Source of the DNA: an uncultured Planctomycetaceae bacterium
GTDB taxonomy: Bacteria; Planctomycetota; Planctomycetia; Planctomycetales; Planctomycetaceae
Direction: 5' to 3'
DNA length: 64,000 nucleotides
Assembly (NCBI GenBank): GCA_963813715.1
Contig: CAWFAK010000005.1
Coordinates: 1,344,001-1,408,000 of the forward strand
Position numbers and translations under genes: made by a program. Each line of letters begins with the position of its first letter. The first letter of the stretch is position 1. Positions 11,174 through 22,765 of the stretch are shown here, in pieces. The notes below the pieces were generated by a model. The model had not been told where the DNA came from. It saw only the letters and a program-made list of their open reading frames with translations, and did not search any database.

Positions 11174-11387
11174 GTCCCGCGACATCGGTTCCTCGCCTGA
11201 ATTCGCCCTTCGCTGAGTGGGCGGCTTCGAGAGTCCCCCGGCGATCGGAATCTGGCGCGTCGCCTGAACCCGCGCGATCGGCTATGCTCTCTGAAGACTG
11301 CAGAGACTGCGCGAGTCCAGATTTAGCAGCGGCTCGTTGCTTCCAAGTCTCGAACTTATCTCCCTGCAAAACTCGCGGCGAAACCCG

Positions 11388-11900
11388 ATGCGAATTCGCT
11401 TTTTCTTGCTGGCGTGGATCGGCCTGGCACTCGTGGTCGGATGCAACTCGGCCAAGGACGCCTATCACGAAGTGCCCAAGGGAGTTCGCGTTAAGGAGCA
11501 GCCGCACGAGCACGAAGAAGGGCCGCACCACGGGCATCTGGTGGAGCTGGGAGAAGAGGAATACCACGCCGAGGTCGTGTTCGATCCGAAGACCGCGACA
11601 ATCACGATCTACACGCTCGATTCGACCGCCAAGAAGCCGGCACCGACGGACGCCAAGGAACTCAAGCTCGAGCTGGCGATCGCCGGTCAACCCAAGTCCT
11701 TTGCGGCCAAAGCCGTTCCCGATGCGGGTGACCCGCCCAACAAGTCGTCTCGCTTTGAGGTGGCCGACAATCCCGACGTCAAAACGAATCTCAAGGACGA
11801 AGAGGACCTAAAGGGAAGCGTGACGGCGAAGATCGGCGGAAAAACGTACACAGGCAAGATCGTGCACGAGCACGAACATGGACACGAGCCAGCGAAATGA
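11388..11900 (+). CDS. His-rich putative metal-binding lipoprotein
   Basis: Lipobox LVVGC, HEHEEGPHHGHLVELG..EYHAE and C-terminal HEHEHGHE. Confidence 0.75.
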   Translation: MRIRFFLLAWIGLALVVGCNSAKDAYHEVPKGVRVKEQPHEHEEGPHHGHLVELGEEEYHAEVVFDPKTATITIYTLDSTAKKPAPTDAKELKLELAIAGQPKSFAAKAVPDAGDPPNKSSRFEVADNPDVKTNLKDEEDLKGSVTAKIGGKTYTGKIVHEHEHGHEPAK

Positions 11901-11956
11901 ACCCTGAATCGAATTGAGCACTGCGGCGAAATAAACCCCGCGACGAGCGCGCCAGA

Positions 11957-12488
11957 ATGCTCTTGCCGTCGATCACGAAAACGACTATCAAGCCCCCCTC
12001 TCATTTCCCTCCGAATTCCCAATCGACAATTCCAAATCCTGAACCGCTCGGTTTTCCACTCGATCGGCGGGGCCGTGCCCTGCTGAGCGTGCTAAGCCTG
12101 GGGTTGATTGCGGGCTTTTGCCTGGCCGCAACGCTCCAGCCGGATCCGCGCGGTTATGGAACCCACCGACAACTGGGCCTCCCTCCGTGCACCGTTCGCC
12201 TTCTCTTCGGCATCCCCTGTCCGAGTTGCGGCATGACGACGAGCTTCGCCTCTCTCATGCGAGGCCAACTCGATCAGTCGTTCCGCGCCAATCCGGCCGG
12301 ACTGCTGTTGGGACTGGCCTGCGCCGCACTCGATCCCCTGGTGCTGGTTGAGCGTGTTTTACGCCCGTTTGTGCTGGATTCAACGACCGGTTCCCGCCGC
12401 CGTCTGGCTCCTGGGCAGCATCTCGGCCGTCGCCCTCATCCAATGGTTGGTCCGCGTTTTCTTCCTGTCTTCCGCCGGGACGATCTAA
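11957..12488 (+). CDS. DUF2752-like membrane protein (frameshift near 12331)
   Basis: GTHRQLGLPPC...GIPCPSCGMTTSF...ANPAG. The hydrophobic C-terminus (IPWCWLSVF...) continues in another frame to TAA at 12486-12488. Start uncertain. Confidence 0.75.
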
Positions 12489-12680
12489 AGTCCTGCACGG
12501 TCCTCTCTCGCTTGCACATCCTTCCTTCCCCAATCCCGATCGAACTTCATTACTCCTTCCTGTCCCTCGCCTGATTCCAGTCGATCCATCCTGTAGCGTC
12601 TACGGCTCCCGATTCGGGTTGCGGCCGAACTGCCGCAGCGCCGGGCTGTCGGGCGCCGCAATTTGAAAAGCGACGACACA

Positions 12681-13427
12681 ATGGCTGCATACCTACCGAA
12701 CATGCGGTCTCCGCGAAGTGCAACGCGGCTTTTTGACGCCTTGCCGTTCTTCGCAAGTTTCCGCCCCTCGCGAGGCTGGAGGCTCTGGCCCTGGCTCGTC
12801 GTGTTCTTCGTCTGCCTGCCGGGCTGCTCGCTCTTCGTGATGGGCGGAAAAATGCTGCTTGGCGATATGAAGCAGTCCAGCCAATTCCACCAGGCAACTC
12901 ATTTCGATCTGGCAAAGTCCGACGCCAAGGTGCTCGTCCTTTGTTCGGCCAGCGAAACGATTCATGCCGAATATGCGGCCGTCGAGTTCGACGTCCTGGA
13001 GGGTTTGATTCACCGTTTGAAGTCTCACGGCATCAAGAAGATCGTCAGTCCAAATGCAGTCGCCGGCTGGATCGACGAGCACGGCGGCCGCTTCGACGAT
13101 CTGCAGCCCATCGCCGACAAGTTCAAAGCGGAGTACGTGCTCTTCATCGACCTCTCGAAGTTCACCGTGCTGGAGGACAACAGCCCCAACCTGCTCCGCG
13201 GGCAGGCCGAGGGACGCGTGCACGCCTACAAGAATGACGGCACCGGCTCGGAGAAGCGGCTGATCGAGGTCATGGGCTCCGATTTCAACGCCAAGTACCC
13301 CGAAGGAAATCCGATTTCGGTCGACAAGAAGTCGGCGAAGAACTTCCAGCAGGAATTCGTCGACCGCGTGGCAATGCAGCTCTCGCTGATCTTTTACGAC
13401 CATCCGCGGTCCGAGGAGATGCCGTGA
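12681..13427 (+). CDS. hypothetical lipoprotein, paralog 1
   Basis: Lipobox-like LPGC. Shares motifs with the downstream ORF. Confidence 0.75.
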   Translation: MAAYLPNMRSPRSATRLFDALPFFASFRPSRGWRLWPWLVVFFVCLPGCSLFVMGGKMLLGDMKQSSQFHQATHFDLAKSDAKVLVLCSASETIHAEYAAVEFDVLEGLIHRLKSHGIKKIVSPNAVAGWIDEHGGRFDDLQPIADKFKAEYVLFIDLSKFTVLEDNSPNLLRGQAEGRVHAYKNDGTGSEKRLIEVMGSDFNAKYPEGNPISVDKKSAKNFQQEFVDRVAMQLSLIFYDHPRSEEMP

Positions 13428-13489
13428 TCTCGACTCCCAGCCACTCTGATCGGCGAACCGTCACGCCCACCGCACCAGAAAGTCTTCTC

Positions 13490-14185
13490 ATGTCGGCACA
13501 AACGACGAGCGACCGTTCCCCAAGTCTGTCGTCTCGCATTCGCGTGGGCCTGCTGGCGATCGGCCTGCTGTCGATTCTGGGATCCGGCTGCAACTACTTC
13601 ATCCTGGCCGGTTACCTCTTGGGCGGACCGCCGTCGATCGAGCCCGACTATGACAAGATGACCAAGAAGTCGCTCCGCGACAAAGACATCAAGGTGGCGG
13701 TCATCTGCTTCGCGCCGGATGAAGTGCGGCTCAATTTCATCGACGTCGACAAGGACATTGCCAAGTACGTCGCCCACCGCCTCAAGGAACACCACATCGC
13801 CACGATTAATCCCGACCGCGTGCAGGAATGGCTCGACAAGCACGAGGATTGGGACAAACCGGAGGAGATCGGCGAGGCGTCGAAGGCTACGCACGTCATC
13901 CTGGTCGACGTCCACAAATACAACCTCTTCGAAGAGAACAGCCACGAGCTCTATAAGGGCCGCTCGGAAGTTCTGATCAGCGTCTACGAGATGCAGAAGG
14001 ATGGCACGACCGAGAAGGTCTACACCAAGGAAATCACCTGCTCGTATCCGCTCGAAACGGCGCGCGAAACCTCGGACATCAGCTACGATCGCTTCCGCCG
14101 CGAGTACCTAGGCCGACTGAGCGAAGAAATCGGCCGGCTGTTCTACGAACACTTCAACGGGGACGATATTGGCGACGTGATCTAG
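13490..14185 (+). CDS. hypothetical lipoprotein, paralog 2
   Basis: Lipobox GSGC, V..W.D.H, L..GR.E, YP and LFYEH motifs shared with the upstream ORF. Confidence 0.8.
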   Translation: MSAQTTSDRSPSLSSRIRVGLLAIGLLSILGSGCNYFILAGYLLGGPPSIEPDYDKMTKKSLRDKDIKVAVICFAPDEVRLNFIDVDKDIAKYVAHRLKEHHIATINPDRVQEWLDKHEDWDKPEEIGEASKATHVILVDVHKYNLFEENSHELYKGRSEVLISVYEMQKDGTTEKVYTKEITCSYPLETARETSDISYDRFRREYLGRLSEEIGRLFYEHFNGDDIGDVI

Positions 14186-14317
14186 CCAGTCGGCCCGTTG
14201 AACCGCTCCCGGGATTGAGGCGGTGCGCCAGAGAACTTAATTTAGGTCCAGGGGCCCCTTCGGCCGCTGATCCTACAATCTCTGCGACGTCGCTTTTGTC
14301 CGGGAGTTCGCTTCGAA

Positions 14318-16093
14318 ATGCAGGCTGCAGCAGAGCCGCAGGCCGTGCGCCCGGGGGCGAATGGCTCACCGGGGATCAGCCTCACGGTCGTGCTCTTGCT
14401 GTTTCTGGCCGCGGTCGCACTGGTCAATCCGTTTCGCGAAATGCCCTACGACGACGACTGGGCGTTTTCCGAAACCGTCAAGCACTTGCTCGACACGGGT
14501 CAGTATCGCCTCAACGCCTGGCTGGCTCCCAACATGCCGTTTCAGACGGTCTGGGGGGCCCTGTTTTGCCTGCCTGGGGGCTACTCGTTCAGTGCGCTGC
14601 GGGTCTCGACCCTGGTCCTGTTCGTGATCGGGCTCGTTGCGTTTCGCGCGTTAGCGCTCGAACACGACCTGAAACGCGGCACGGCGAACCTGCTGACGCT
14701 TTGCCTGGCGTCCTCGCCGTTGGTGTTCAAGCTGTCGCTCACGTACCTGTCGGACGTGCCATTTCTGGCGACGACCATCGTGGCCGTGCTCTTTTACACG
14801 AGGGCACTGCGTGGCGGGCGCTGGCTCGACTGGTTGGTAGCCGCGACCGCCGCCTCGGCAACGATTTTCATTCGACAGTTCGGGATGGCGATTCTCGGCG
14901 GCCTGGCCTTGGTCTGGCTCTGCGACCGACGGCGGTTCGCCCGGTTTAGCGAGTATTTCGTCGGCGCGCTCTTCCCCACAATGTCCACGCTCTGGCAGCT
15001 GCAACAGGGATGGAATCAGTCCAACTGGGCCCAGACCCTGCTGCTGCATCGGCAAAAGCGATTCTTCTGGGAAGGCGGCTTCCTCAAGGGCTTACCGTGG
15101 CGAATCCCCGTGCTGTTCGAATACATCGCCTGGTTCTTGCTACCCGTTGCGCTGGTTGCGGGACTGGCCGCCTGGCGGGCGTTGCGATCGAAGGAAGCCC
15201 GCATCGAGATTGAAGGTGAGTCCGCACCGAACGCAAGGGGCGGCCTCTCGCAAACGCGGGGCGCGCTCGCGGCCGATCTCGCTGGTTGGCTGCTTGTGAT
15301 TCTCGCGAGCGTCGCTTATGGCGTCTGGATGTACGGCCTTCCCTGGTTGATGCCCTATCTCCCCTGGTTCTTCGAGATCATGAAGCTGCTCGGGCTTAAG
15401 GTCGAAATCCCTGCGACGGTGCTGACGATCATCGGCGGCGTACTCTTTGCGCACTTCTTCGCACGCCGGTACCTGTCGGCCGATCATCGTCCGCGGCTTG
15501 AGCAAGGTCTGCTCGACGCAGTGTCCTTGGTGTCACTGCTGATGGCGCTGGTGTTCTTTGTCTTTGGGGACAAGGACGCGCTGATCTTCCTGCCGCTCGG
15601 AGCGATCGCGGTCGCCCGACAAACCGAAGACCTGTTTGTGAAACATCGCCGATCGGTGTTAACCGCCTGCGTGTTGCTGCTGGTGGGAAGTGCCGTCTGG
15701 ACGCGCGAGGATCTGTGCCGCAATCAGGCCGTCTGGACTTTGGCCTCGCGGCTGCACGCTGGCGGTGTCCCCAGCGAAGACATCTTCGCGGGCTGGGAAT
15801 GGTACGGCTATCACCACTTCGATGACTACACGCGAGTCATGCCGCCCGCGGAGACGACGGAGTTCTCCGACTTCTTCGGGCGCTGGATGGATCTCCAGCG
15901 GGCGAAAGCCGAATACCTGATCGTGCACGCCCCCGAGCCGCCCCCTGGCGAGCACTACGACGTCGTCGACCAGTTTCGATATTTCAGCGTGTTCAGCCGA
16001 GGCATGGAAACATTTTACGCTGTCAAACGTCCGCTGCCGCCCGCGCAAATGCGGCGGCCACCCCTGGGTGCCGGAAGGCTGGGCGCTCCCTGA
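14318..16093 (+). CDS. GT-C fold (GT39/ArnT-like) membrane glycosyltransferase
   Basis: PYDDDW acidic motif after TM1, SDVPFL, IRQ, more than 10 TM helices. Confidence 0.82.
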   Translation: MQAAAEPQAVRPGANGSPGISLTVVLLLFLAAVALVNPFREMPYDDDWAFSETVKHLLDTGQYRLNAWLAPNMPFQTVWGALFCLPGGYSFSALRVSTLVLFVIGLVAFRALALEHDLKRGTANLLTLCLASSPLVFKLSLTYLSDVPFLATTIVAVLFYTRALRGGRWLDWLVAATAASATIFIRQFGMAILGGLALVWLCDRRRFARFSEYFVGALFPTMSTLWQLQQGWNQSNWAQTLLLHRQKRFFWEGGFLKGLPWRIPVLFEYIAWFLLPVALVAGLAAWRALRSKEARIEIEGESAPNARGGLSQTRGALAADLAGWLLVILASVAYGVWMYGLPWLMPYLPWFFEIMKLLGLKVEIPATVLTIIGGVLFAHFFARRYLSADHRPRLEQGLLDAVSLVSLLMALVFFVFGDKDALIFLPLGAIAVARQTEDLFVKHRRSVLTACVLLLVGSAVWTREDLCRNQAVWTLASRLHAGGVPSEDIFAGWEWYGYHHFDDYTRVMPPAETTEFSDFFGRWMDLQRAKAEYLIVHAPEPPPGEHYDVVDQFRYFSVFSRGMETFYAVKRPLPPAQMRRPPLGAGRLGAP

Positions 16094-16177
16094 CCAGCCG
16101 ATCGAATCACGCGGCGACGGCCGAGGTCGCGCAGACTGAGTCTGCGCCTGACTGAGTCCGCGCCGATTGGATCGAAC

Positions 16178-17315
16178 TCACAACAACTGTTGCACAAGCG
16201 CCACTAGTTCGGCCATTCGGCCGGCATAGGTGTGCTCGCGGAGAGTGCGGGCGTGGCCGGCTTGGGCGATCCGTGCGCGTTCGGGCTCGTGGCTCAACAA
16301 GTGGTCGATGGCTTTGACGCATTCGTCGGCCGTTCGATAGCCGACCACTTCCGCGCCCGGCTCGAACAACTCGTGCAGGTTTTGCTTCCAGTCGGTCAAC
16401 AAGAGCGCAGCCGACGCCCGTCGTTTCATACAGGCGCATGTTGTTGGCGTAGGATCCGGCCAGCTCGATGTGATAGTTGACTGAAATCCGGGAACGAGCC
16501 AACAGGCGATACATCTCGATGCCCCACGCGGGCCCTCGATAAACGCTGCGGATGGGCGAACCGGCAGACAGCGTGTCGATCCCCTGCCCCCAGACTTGAA
16601 TCGGCACTTCGCGGCACAGCCGCTCGAGCCACGCGTGGCGGCCCGGATGGTGAGGGGAAAGACTGCCGACAAACGACACGTCGATCGGAGGCTCGTCCGA
16701 GCGTCCGTCAGATTCCTCGAGCCGTATCAGCACCGACGGGTCAAACGCGAGCCGAAACGGCTCGGCTCGCAGTCCGGCCGACCGAAACCGCTCGACGAAA
16801 TTCGGCAACGACGAGAGCATGAGATCGAAGGGACTCAAGTCGATGTCGTCGGCCAAGGGAGAAGCGATCTGCCCGACTAGCAACCGAAAGTGGCTTCGCA
16901 TCGACGCCCAGAACGTCGTAGGTAGATCAGTCAGCGAATGCGTCAGCACCACGTCGGGTTGAAACTGCTCGATCTGCGCTCGCAGAACCTCAGACATCCA
17001 CGCGGAACGGTCACGCACGAGCCACGGAACGACGCCCCGCCGCAGCACGACACGCGAGGGGCCCGTGTCGGACACCTTCAGACCGTGCTCACGGGCCCAG
17101 GCCTCCTGCAGAAAACGATTGTTGAGGTAGACCTCCAGCGCCGGATGGCCGAGTTGGCCCAGGTTTCGCGGATAAAAATCGGCTACGCCAAACAGGCTGG
17201 CCGTACGCACCCGCATTTGCTCGTCGTACGCGGCCGTTTCGAGACCCGGATGCTGGGAATACAGAACGTCGAGAAATCCCGGATAGTCTGCGTTGACGAT
17301 CAGGAACCGGGTCAT
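16178..17315 (-). CDS. CgeB/YkvP-like glycosyltransferase (frameshift near 16410)
   Basis: DVSFVGS, GIEMY, ISVNYH, ANNMRLYE..G.G. C-terminus LLTDWK...HTYAGR lies in the 16178..16672 frame. Confidence 0.85.
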
Positions 17316-19219
17316 CGACGAGCACCGGCGGCGAGGCGTGCGTCTTCGTCGCAGCAGAGCACGGCCAAGCGAGCAACCATCGGCGAATAACGGCGAAATG
17401 TGCGTCCGCCGTGGTGGTAGACGACATGGTCGGAATCCAGTATGAGTTTTCGGCTCGCCGATCCGTTTTCCGCTAGATCGTCTGGGCCGCCGCTCGCGTC
17501 AGGCATTCCGCCAAGCACCAAGGGCGCGTCGCGCGGCGGATCTTCGCCCGTCATCAGGAAGTGGACCACGCGTCGAAGTTGCCGTGCGAGTTCGCTCGTT
17601 TCGCGCTCATTGCTCTGCGGAGTCTGGCTGGCCCGGAGCCGCTCGATATTCAGGTCGCAGACGTCCTGGGCTTGAATCAGGATCTGATCGAGCGCCGCGG
17701 CCTCGCGGGGTGTTTTGAATTTCGGCAGCCCCGCAAAGTTGCTGGCGGGGACGACGTCGGAAAAATCGAGCGTCGCGCCGAAGATGCTCAGCGCATACCA
17801 GCGGTAGGCCCGGGCAACCTGTGCGAAAATCACGGGACGCACCAAGAGCTCGCGCAGCTTCTCGAAGTAAGCCGGCGGCGTCGGGCCCCACTCCAGAAAG
17901 TCGTCCTGAGGGATGGCCGAGATGGCACCATTGAACGCGACGAGCACCGGCGCGCCGAGGCGGGCCATCTCGAGTCCGATCGTGCTCCAACTCGTCAGCA
18001 CGAGATCGGCGGCTTCGCCCAGATCGTAGCTGGAGACCGGATCCTGCGGCCACACAAACCGGCAGTTCGGGGAGGTCGCGGAAAACGCCCGTTTCAACTT
18101 CGCCAAATGTTGCGACACGACGGACTCGCGTTTGTTGGCCCCTTCTCGCGGATGCACGCGGACCACGAGCTGCAGGTCGTCGCTCTCGCCGACGTAGCGC
18201 ACGAGCTGAGTCAGCCAGTCGATTTGATCGCGAAACGGCTGCGGCCGATCGGGGATGGTCGTGTCGGTGGCGTTCATCACCATCTGCGACGCGAGCATTT
18301 CGTCGAGGCTGCTGGTGTACGCGACGATCAGTCGACGTTCGGTGGAAAGCCCCAATCGCGTGCGAACGTCGGCTTGCTCGAGCGTCTTGCCCGGCGAATA
18401 GATGAACGAGCCCGCGCCGCGCAGCCGCACCAACAGGTCATCGGCGACTTCTCGCACCACGGCCGGTTCGAGAGACAGATCGCGACACGCCGGCCAGTGG
18501 GACAGCAGCTGATAGGCAACCGGCTTGTAGACATTGGACAGCATCAGGTAGCGGCTCAGGTCGACGTTGCGATGACCGGGGAAAGCCAGGCAGTAGCAAG
18601 GCACGCCGTGCTTACGGGCCGCCGCCCTCGCCCCCATCAAGAGAGAGTAATCATTCACGTGGACGACGCGGGCGATGCCGAGCTCAGCACAACAGCGGTC
18701 GACGAGCATGTAGCTCAAGAGGCAGCTGCGTAAGTAATCGCGCCAGCCGTCGCGATCGCTGTTGGTCATTTCGGCGAAATCGGAGATCTTTCGCCCAAGC
18801 ACAACGTCCATCAAGCTCAGCTTGCCGAACGCGATCCCGTCGAATTCGAAGCTTCCCAAATCGGAGGGGGCCTGGGCGAGCGACTGCTCGATGCGTTGAC
18901 GCATGGACGGCGTCGCCAGCGACCGCAGATCGATGGTCGGAAGTCCGTACTCGCCCAGCATCGTGAGCGAGTTGTCGGCGCAGTGCAGGCAGCTCTCGAG
19001 CTTTTGTTCCGCCGTGGCTTCGTACGGGAGTTTGTGCATGTCCATGACTGGACAGCGTTCGAACAGCCGGTAGCAACGGGCAAAAACGACTCGGTGCCCA
19101 CGCTCGGCCAGCGTGCGGCCCACGACCGCCGCCTGCGCCAGCATGGGGGTCACGCCCGCGTAAGGGACGAAAAACAGCATCGCGCCGGCCAACTCGTCCT
19201 GCGTCGGCGGGGCCGGCAC
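17312..19219 (-). CDS. capsular polysaccharide biosynthesis (KpsS/KpsC-like) glycosyltransferase-related protein
   Basis: LVVRVHPRE, SSYDL and WSTIGLE..RLG.PV motifs. Overlaps the next glycosyltransferase by 4 bp. Confidence 0.65.
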   Translation of the reverse strand: MPAPPTQDELAGAMLFFVPYAGVTPMLAQAAVVGRTLAERGHRVVFARCYRLFERCPVMDMHKLPYEATAEQKLESCLHCADNSLTMLGEYGLPTIDLRSLATPSMRQRIEQSLAQAPSDLGSFEFDGIAFGKLSLMDVVLGRKISDFAEMTNSDRDGWRDYLRSCLLSYMLVDRCCAELGIARVVHVNDYSLLMGARAAARKHGVPCYCLAFPGHRNVDLSRYLMLSNVYKPVAYQLLSHWPACRDLSLEPAVVREVADDLLVRLRGAGSFIYSPGKTLEQADVRTRLGLSTERRLIVAYTSSLDEMLASQMVMNATDTTIPDRPQPFRDQIDWLTQLVRYVGESDDLQLVVRVHPREGANKRESVVSQHLAKLKRAFSATSPNCRFVWPQDPVSSYDLGEAADLVLTSWSTIGLEMARLGAPVLVAFNGAISAIPQDDFLEWGPTPPAYFEKLRELLVRPVIFAQVARAYRWYALSIFGATLDFSDVVPASNFAGLPKFKTPREAAALDQILIQAQDVCDLNIERLRASQTPQSNERETSELARQLRRVVHFLMTGEDPPRDAPLVLGGMPDASGGPDDLAENGSASRKLILDSDHVVYHHGGRTFRRYSPMVARLAVLCCDEDARLAAGARR

Positions 19220-19451
19220 GCCCTCAATTTCGCGGGCAACGGTACGGCGGCGCAGCGCCAGCCGACATCCTGCCTGGCTCGGCGTGCCTGGTCGCGAACG
19301 GCTCGCAAAAATCGTCGCATTGATGTTGGATGTGTCCCCAATCCCACAGCGGCGCAGTCTCTGCCCCTATCTTAGTGGCACCCGGGAACGCCGTCGAATT
19401 GCCGAGCGACCGCGCGGGGGAGACCGCGGCTTGCGGGCTAGTTCCCTGTCG

Positions 19452-20636
19452 TCACCGCTGCGCTTGATCGTTCGCCTCAAACCGGATCCACGAACACTGC
19501 GTGATCAACTGGTTGAGCGAAGCAAAGGAAATGTGGGCATTCGTCGCGTGGGCGGGCGTATCATTCGCTGGAAAGGTCGCCAGCGTGGCGTCGCCAACGA
19601 GGAAAACATTGAAGTCCTGAGACAGATTCTCGTAGCCGGCCGTCGTCTTGCAGAAACACATGTCGGTGGCATAGCCAGTCAGGATCACATGCCGCACGCC
19701 GTGCGCTTTGAGAAAGTCCCGCAGCGCCGGGTAGCCCTCTTCGTCGTAATAGACGATGTCGTTCGGAAAGACTTCGACGTCTTTGGTCACAGGGATCGGC
19801 AATTCCCAGAAGCCGGCGTTGTTGTAGCGGGCTCCCGCGTCGAGGCCGGGGAACTGGCGAAAGTAATCGCGTACGGGATGTTCGTCGGAAAGTGCGATTT
19901 CTCCGGGCAGCGGCTCGCCGTGATAACGGAAGCGATTGAGAATCTCGGAGAGTTCGCGACGTCCTTCGGCCCGTTCGGAGGCAGTCGGACTGTGCCGGAT
20001 GCTCCGATAGAGCTTGGCTTGGACCGGATACTGGTGGCCGCGAAGACTAAACAGCACCTGAGCGACACGCGGTCGCAGACGTTTCAGCAACGGATCGATC
20101 ACCGTCTGCGTGTGCCGTCCGGCCAAATGATTTTTGTCGGGAGTGCAGAAGTCGCAGACGCCGGCCGGCTCCGGACTGCGCCAACCTTGTCCGTCATCGA
20201 TGCCCCAGGGATGCACCATGATGACCGCGGCATGATCGGCTCGAATCCGGTTCGGCATCTCGATGATGCCGCGAGCGTTGTAACTGAACCTCCACGCCCG
20301 CACCGAAAGATCGGCACCCCGTTCGTCGACGAGTCGGGCGCCTCGAAGCGGGTCTTTTCGACAACCGGCTGTACGAATTCGGGGTAATCGGCCAAGAGTG
20401 GCTGCGGGTTCTCGATCACCGCCAGCCGATTGCGATAGAGCCGCTTGGCGACCGACCCGGCGGCATCCGCCGGCCCGGCTGCGGCAGGGTTTTGCCCTCT
20501 GATCCGCCGGAGCTCCGGGGAATCCGGCCGCCGCAAGTCCCAACCCAAATCGCATCGCAGCCGCAACGAGAGCCACCGCCAAGCCGATCTCAATCGCGGA
20601 AGTCAAAAGCGCCATGTGCCGACGTAACGAGTGCAT
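19452..20636 (-). CDS. secreted isochorismatase-like cysteine hydrolase (two compensating frameshifts near 20490 and 20335)
   Basis: VILTGYATDMC and FLVGDATLA motifs plus an N-terminal signal-like stretch. The segment YRNRLAVIENPQPLLADYPEF is in the alternative frame. Confidence 0.7.
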   Translation of the reverse strand: MHSLRRHMALLTSAIEIGLAVALVAAAMRFGLGLAAAGFPGAPADQRAKPCRSRAGGCRRVGRQAALSQSAGGDREPAATLGRLPRIRTAGCRKDPLRGARLVDERGADLSVRAWRFSYNARGIIEMPNRIRADHAAVIMVHPWGIDDGQGWRSPEPAGVCDFCTPDKNHLAGRHTQTVIDPLLKRLRPRVAQVLFSLRGHQYPVQAKLYRSIRHSPTASERAEGRRELSEILNRFRYHGEPLPGEIALSDEHPVRDYFRQFPGLDAGARYNNAGFWELPIPVTKDVEVFPNDIVYYDEEGYPALRDFLKAHGVRHVILTGYATDMCFCKTTAGYENLSQDFNVFLVGDATLATFPANDTPAHATNAHISFASLNQLITQCSWIRFEANDQAQR

Positions 20637-20925
20637 GCCCTCGGCTCCCGACAAGCTGCGTGTTTCAGCGGTGCCGGCAATCCAACTTCCCGCCGCCGGC
20701 CGTCGATCTCGCGGGTCTTGAGAATAAAGAAACTTCTTCGGATTTGGCGAGGTCCAGCTCGTCATCGGCTAAGCCCACCTCCTCCGGGAATCGGGTGACT
20801 TCGACCCACCCCACCGATATATTGAACTGTCTAGCCCGTGCACAATCGGGATTCTGAGTCGGCCGAAGAGAGGGCGCCGCCGCTGCCGAGAACCGTGGCG
20901 AGCCAGCGCGCCCAGGTACGGAACG

Positions 20926-21849
20926 ATGGCGAAAATCGAAGCGGGGAAGACTCGACTGGGGTGGATCGGCACGGGCGTCATGGGCTCGTCCATGGCCGGC
21001 CATTTGCTGAAGGCTGGCTTTGCCCTCACCGTCTTCAACCGCACGAAATCGAAGGCCGACCCTCTGGTGGGTCAAGGCGCGAAATGGGCCGACACGCCCA
21101 AAGCCGTTGCCGCCGCCTCCGACGTCGTCTTCGCGATCGTCGGCTTCCCCATTGACGTGCGTGAGGTGATGCTCGGCGCGGACGGGGCGCTGGCCGGGTC
21201 CAAAAGCGGCAACGTCTTGGTCGACATGACCACGAGCGAGCCGTCGCTGGCCGTCGAAATCGCCGAGGCAGCGAAGCGGAAAACGGTTTCCAGCGTCGAC
21301 GCTCCGGTGTCAGGAGGCGATGTCGGCGCGAAGAATGCCACGCTGTCGATCATGGTGGGTGGGGATAAAGACGTCGTGGAGAGTCTGGCCCCCTGTTTTC
21401 AGGCGATGGGCAAAACAATCGTCTACCAGGGGGGGCCGGGGGCAGGCCAGCACACCAAAGTGGTCAACCAGGTGCTGATCGCCACGAACATGATCGGCGT
21501 CTGCGAGGCCCTGCTGTACGGCTACAAGGCCGGGTTGGACCTCCCCACGGTCCTGCAGTCGGTGGGCAGCGGAGCGGCCGGAAGCTGGTCGCTCAATAAT
21601 CTGGGCCCGCGGATCATGAGCAACAACTTCGATCCGGGCTTCTTCGTCGAGCACTTCATCAAAGATATGGGGATCGCCCTGGCCGAGTCCCGCCGCATGG
21701 GGCTGGCCTTGCCCGGTCTCGCCTTGGCTCACCAGCTTTACGTGGCGGTGAAAGCCCAAGGGTACGGACGCCTGGGAACTCACGCGCTGGAGCTCGCGCT
21801 AGCGAAGCTCTCCGGAGTCAATTGGAAAGAGCGCGATCATGGGAAGTAG
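20926..21849 (+). CDS. beta-hydroxyacid dehydrogenase (3-hydroxyisobutyrate / tartronate semialdehyde reductase family)
   Basis: [23 protein letters not shown] and KDM motifs. Confidence 0.92.
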   Translation: MAKIEAGKTRLGWIGTGVMGSSMAGHLLKAGFALTVFNRTKSKADPLVGQGAKWADTPKAVAAASDVVFAIVGFPIDVREVMLGADGALAGSKSGNVLVDMTTSEPSLAVEIAEAAKRKTVSSVDAPVSGGDVGAKNATLSIMVGGDKDVVESLAPCFQAMGKTIVYQGGPGAGQHTKVVNQVLIATNMIGVCEALLYGYKAGLDLPTVLQSVGSGAAGSWSLNNLGPRIMSNNFDPGFFVEHFIKDMGIALAESRRMGLALPGLALAHQLYVAVKAQGYGRLGTHALELALAKLSGVNWKERDHGK

Positions 21850-22726
21850 AGGAGAACGCTTCGCTGGACTGACAGTGGCCCTGGTGACGCCGTTCAAGAA
21901 TGGCGCTGTGGACGAGGCGGCCCTGCGCAAGCTAGTCGATTTTCACGTCGAAAGCGGGACCGACTGCGTCAGTCCCGTCGGCACCACGGGAGAGAGCCCG
22001 ACGCTCACCCACGACGAGCACGAACGGGTGATCGCCGTTGTCTGCGAGCAGGCTGCCGGTCGCATCAAGGTGATGGCCGGCACCGGCTCCAACAGCACGA
22101 CCGAGGCGATCCGCCTCACGAAATTCGCCAAAAAATCGGGCGCGGACGCCGCGTTGATGGTCGCGCCCTACTACAACAAGCCCACGCAGGAAGGCTTTTT
22201 CCGCCATTTTCAGGCAGTCGCGCAAGCGGTCGACCTGCCCATCGTGCTTTACAACATTCCGGGGCGAACCGCCAAGAACATCGAGCCGGAAACGATCGCC
22301 CGCATCGCCGAGATTCCGACGATCGTCGCCATCAAAGAATCGACCGGCTCGATGGACCAGGCCTCGCAGATCCTGGCCCTGACCGAACTGACGGTACTTT
22401 CAGGCGATGACAGCCTCACGCTACCACTGATGGCCATCGGCGGCCGCGGCGTCGTCTCCGTCGTCGGCAACATCATTCCGCGCAACGTGAAGAGCCTGAT
22501 CACAGCGTTTCGCTCCGGCGACTTGGACGCCGCGCAGCAGTGGCACCGCAAGCTCTTCCCGCTGTGCCGGGATATGTTGGGACTGGCGACCAACCCGATT
22601 CCGCTCAAGGCCGCCATGCAGATGTTGGGGCGAGACACGGGTGAACTGCGTCTCCCCATGACGGCCCTCGACTCGGCGCAGATGGCCGCCCTGAAGAAGA
22701 CTCTCGGTCAATATGGACTACTCTGA
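21839..22726 (+). CDS. dapA: 4-hydroxy-tetrahydrodipicolinate synthase
   Basis: [36 protein letters not shown] and TNPIP motifs. Confidence 0.96.
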   Translation: MGSRGERFAGLTVALVTPFKNGAVDEAALRKLVDFHVESGTDCVSPVGTTGESPTLTHDEHERVIAVVCEQAAGRIKVMAGTGSNSTTEAIRLTKFAKKSGADAALMVAPYYNKPTQEGFFRHFQAVAQAVDLPIVLYNIPGRTAKNIEPETIARIAEIPTIVAIKESTGSMDQASQILALTELTVLSGDDSLTLPLMAIGGRGVVSVVGNIIPRNVKSLITAFRSGDLDAAQQWHRKLFPLCRDMLGLATNPIPLKAAMQMLGRDTGELRLPMTALDSAQMAALKKTLGQYGLL

Positions 22727-22765
22727 ACGACTTCGACGATTTCGATCCTTCGATAAGGTGGTTGC

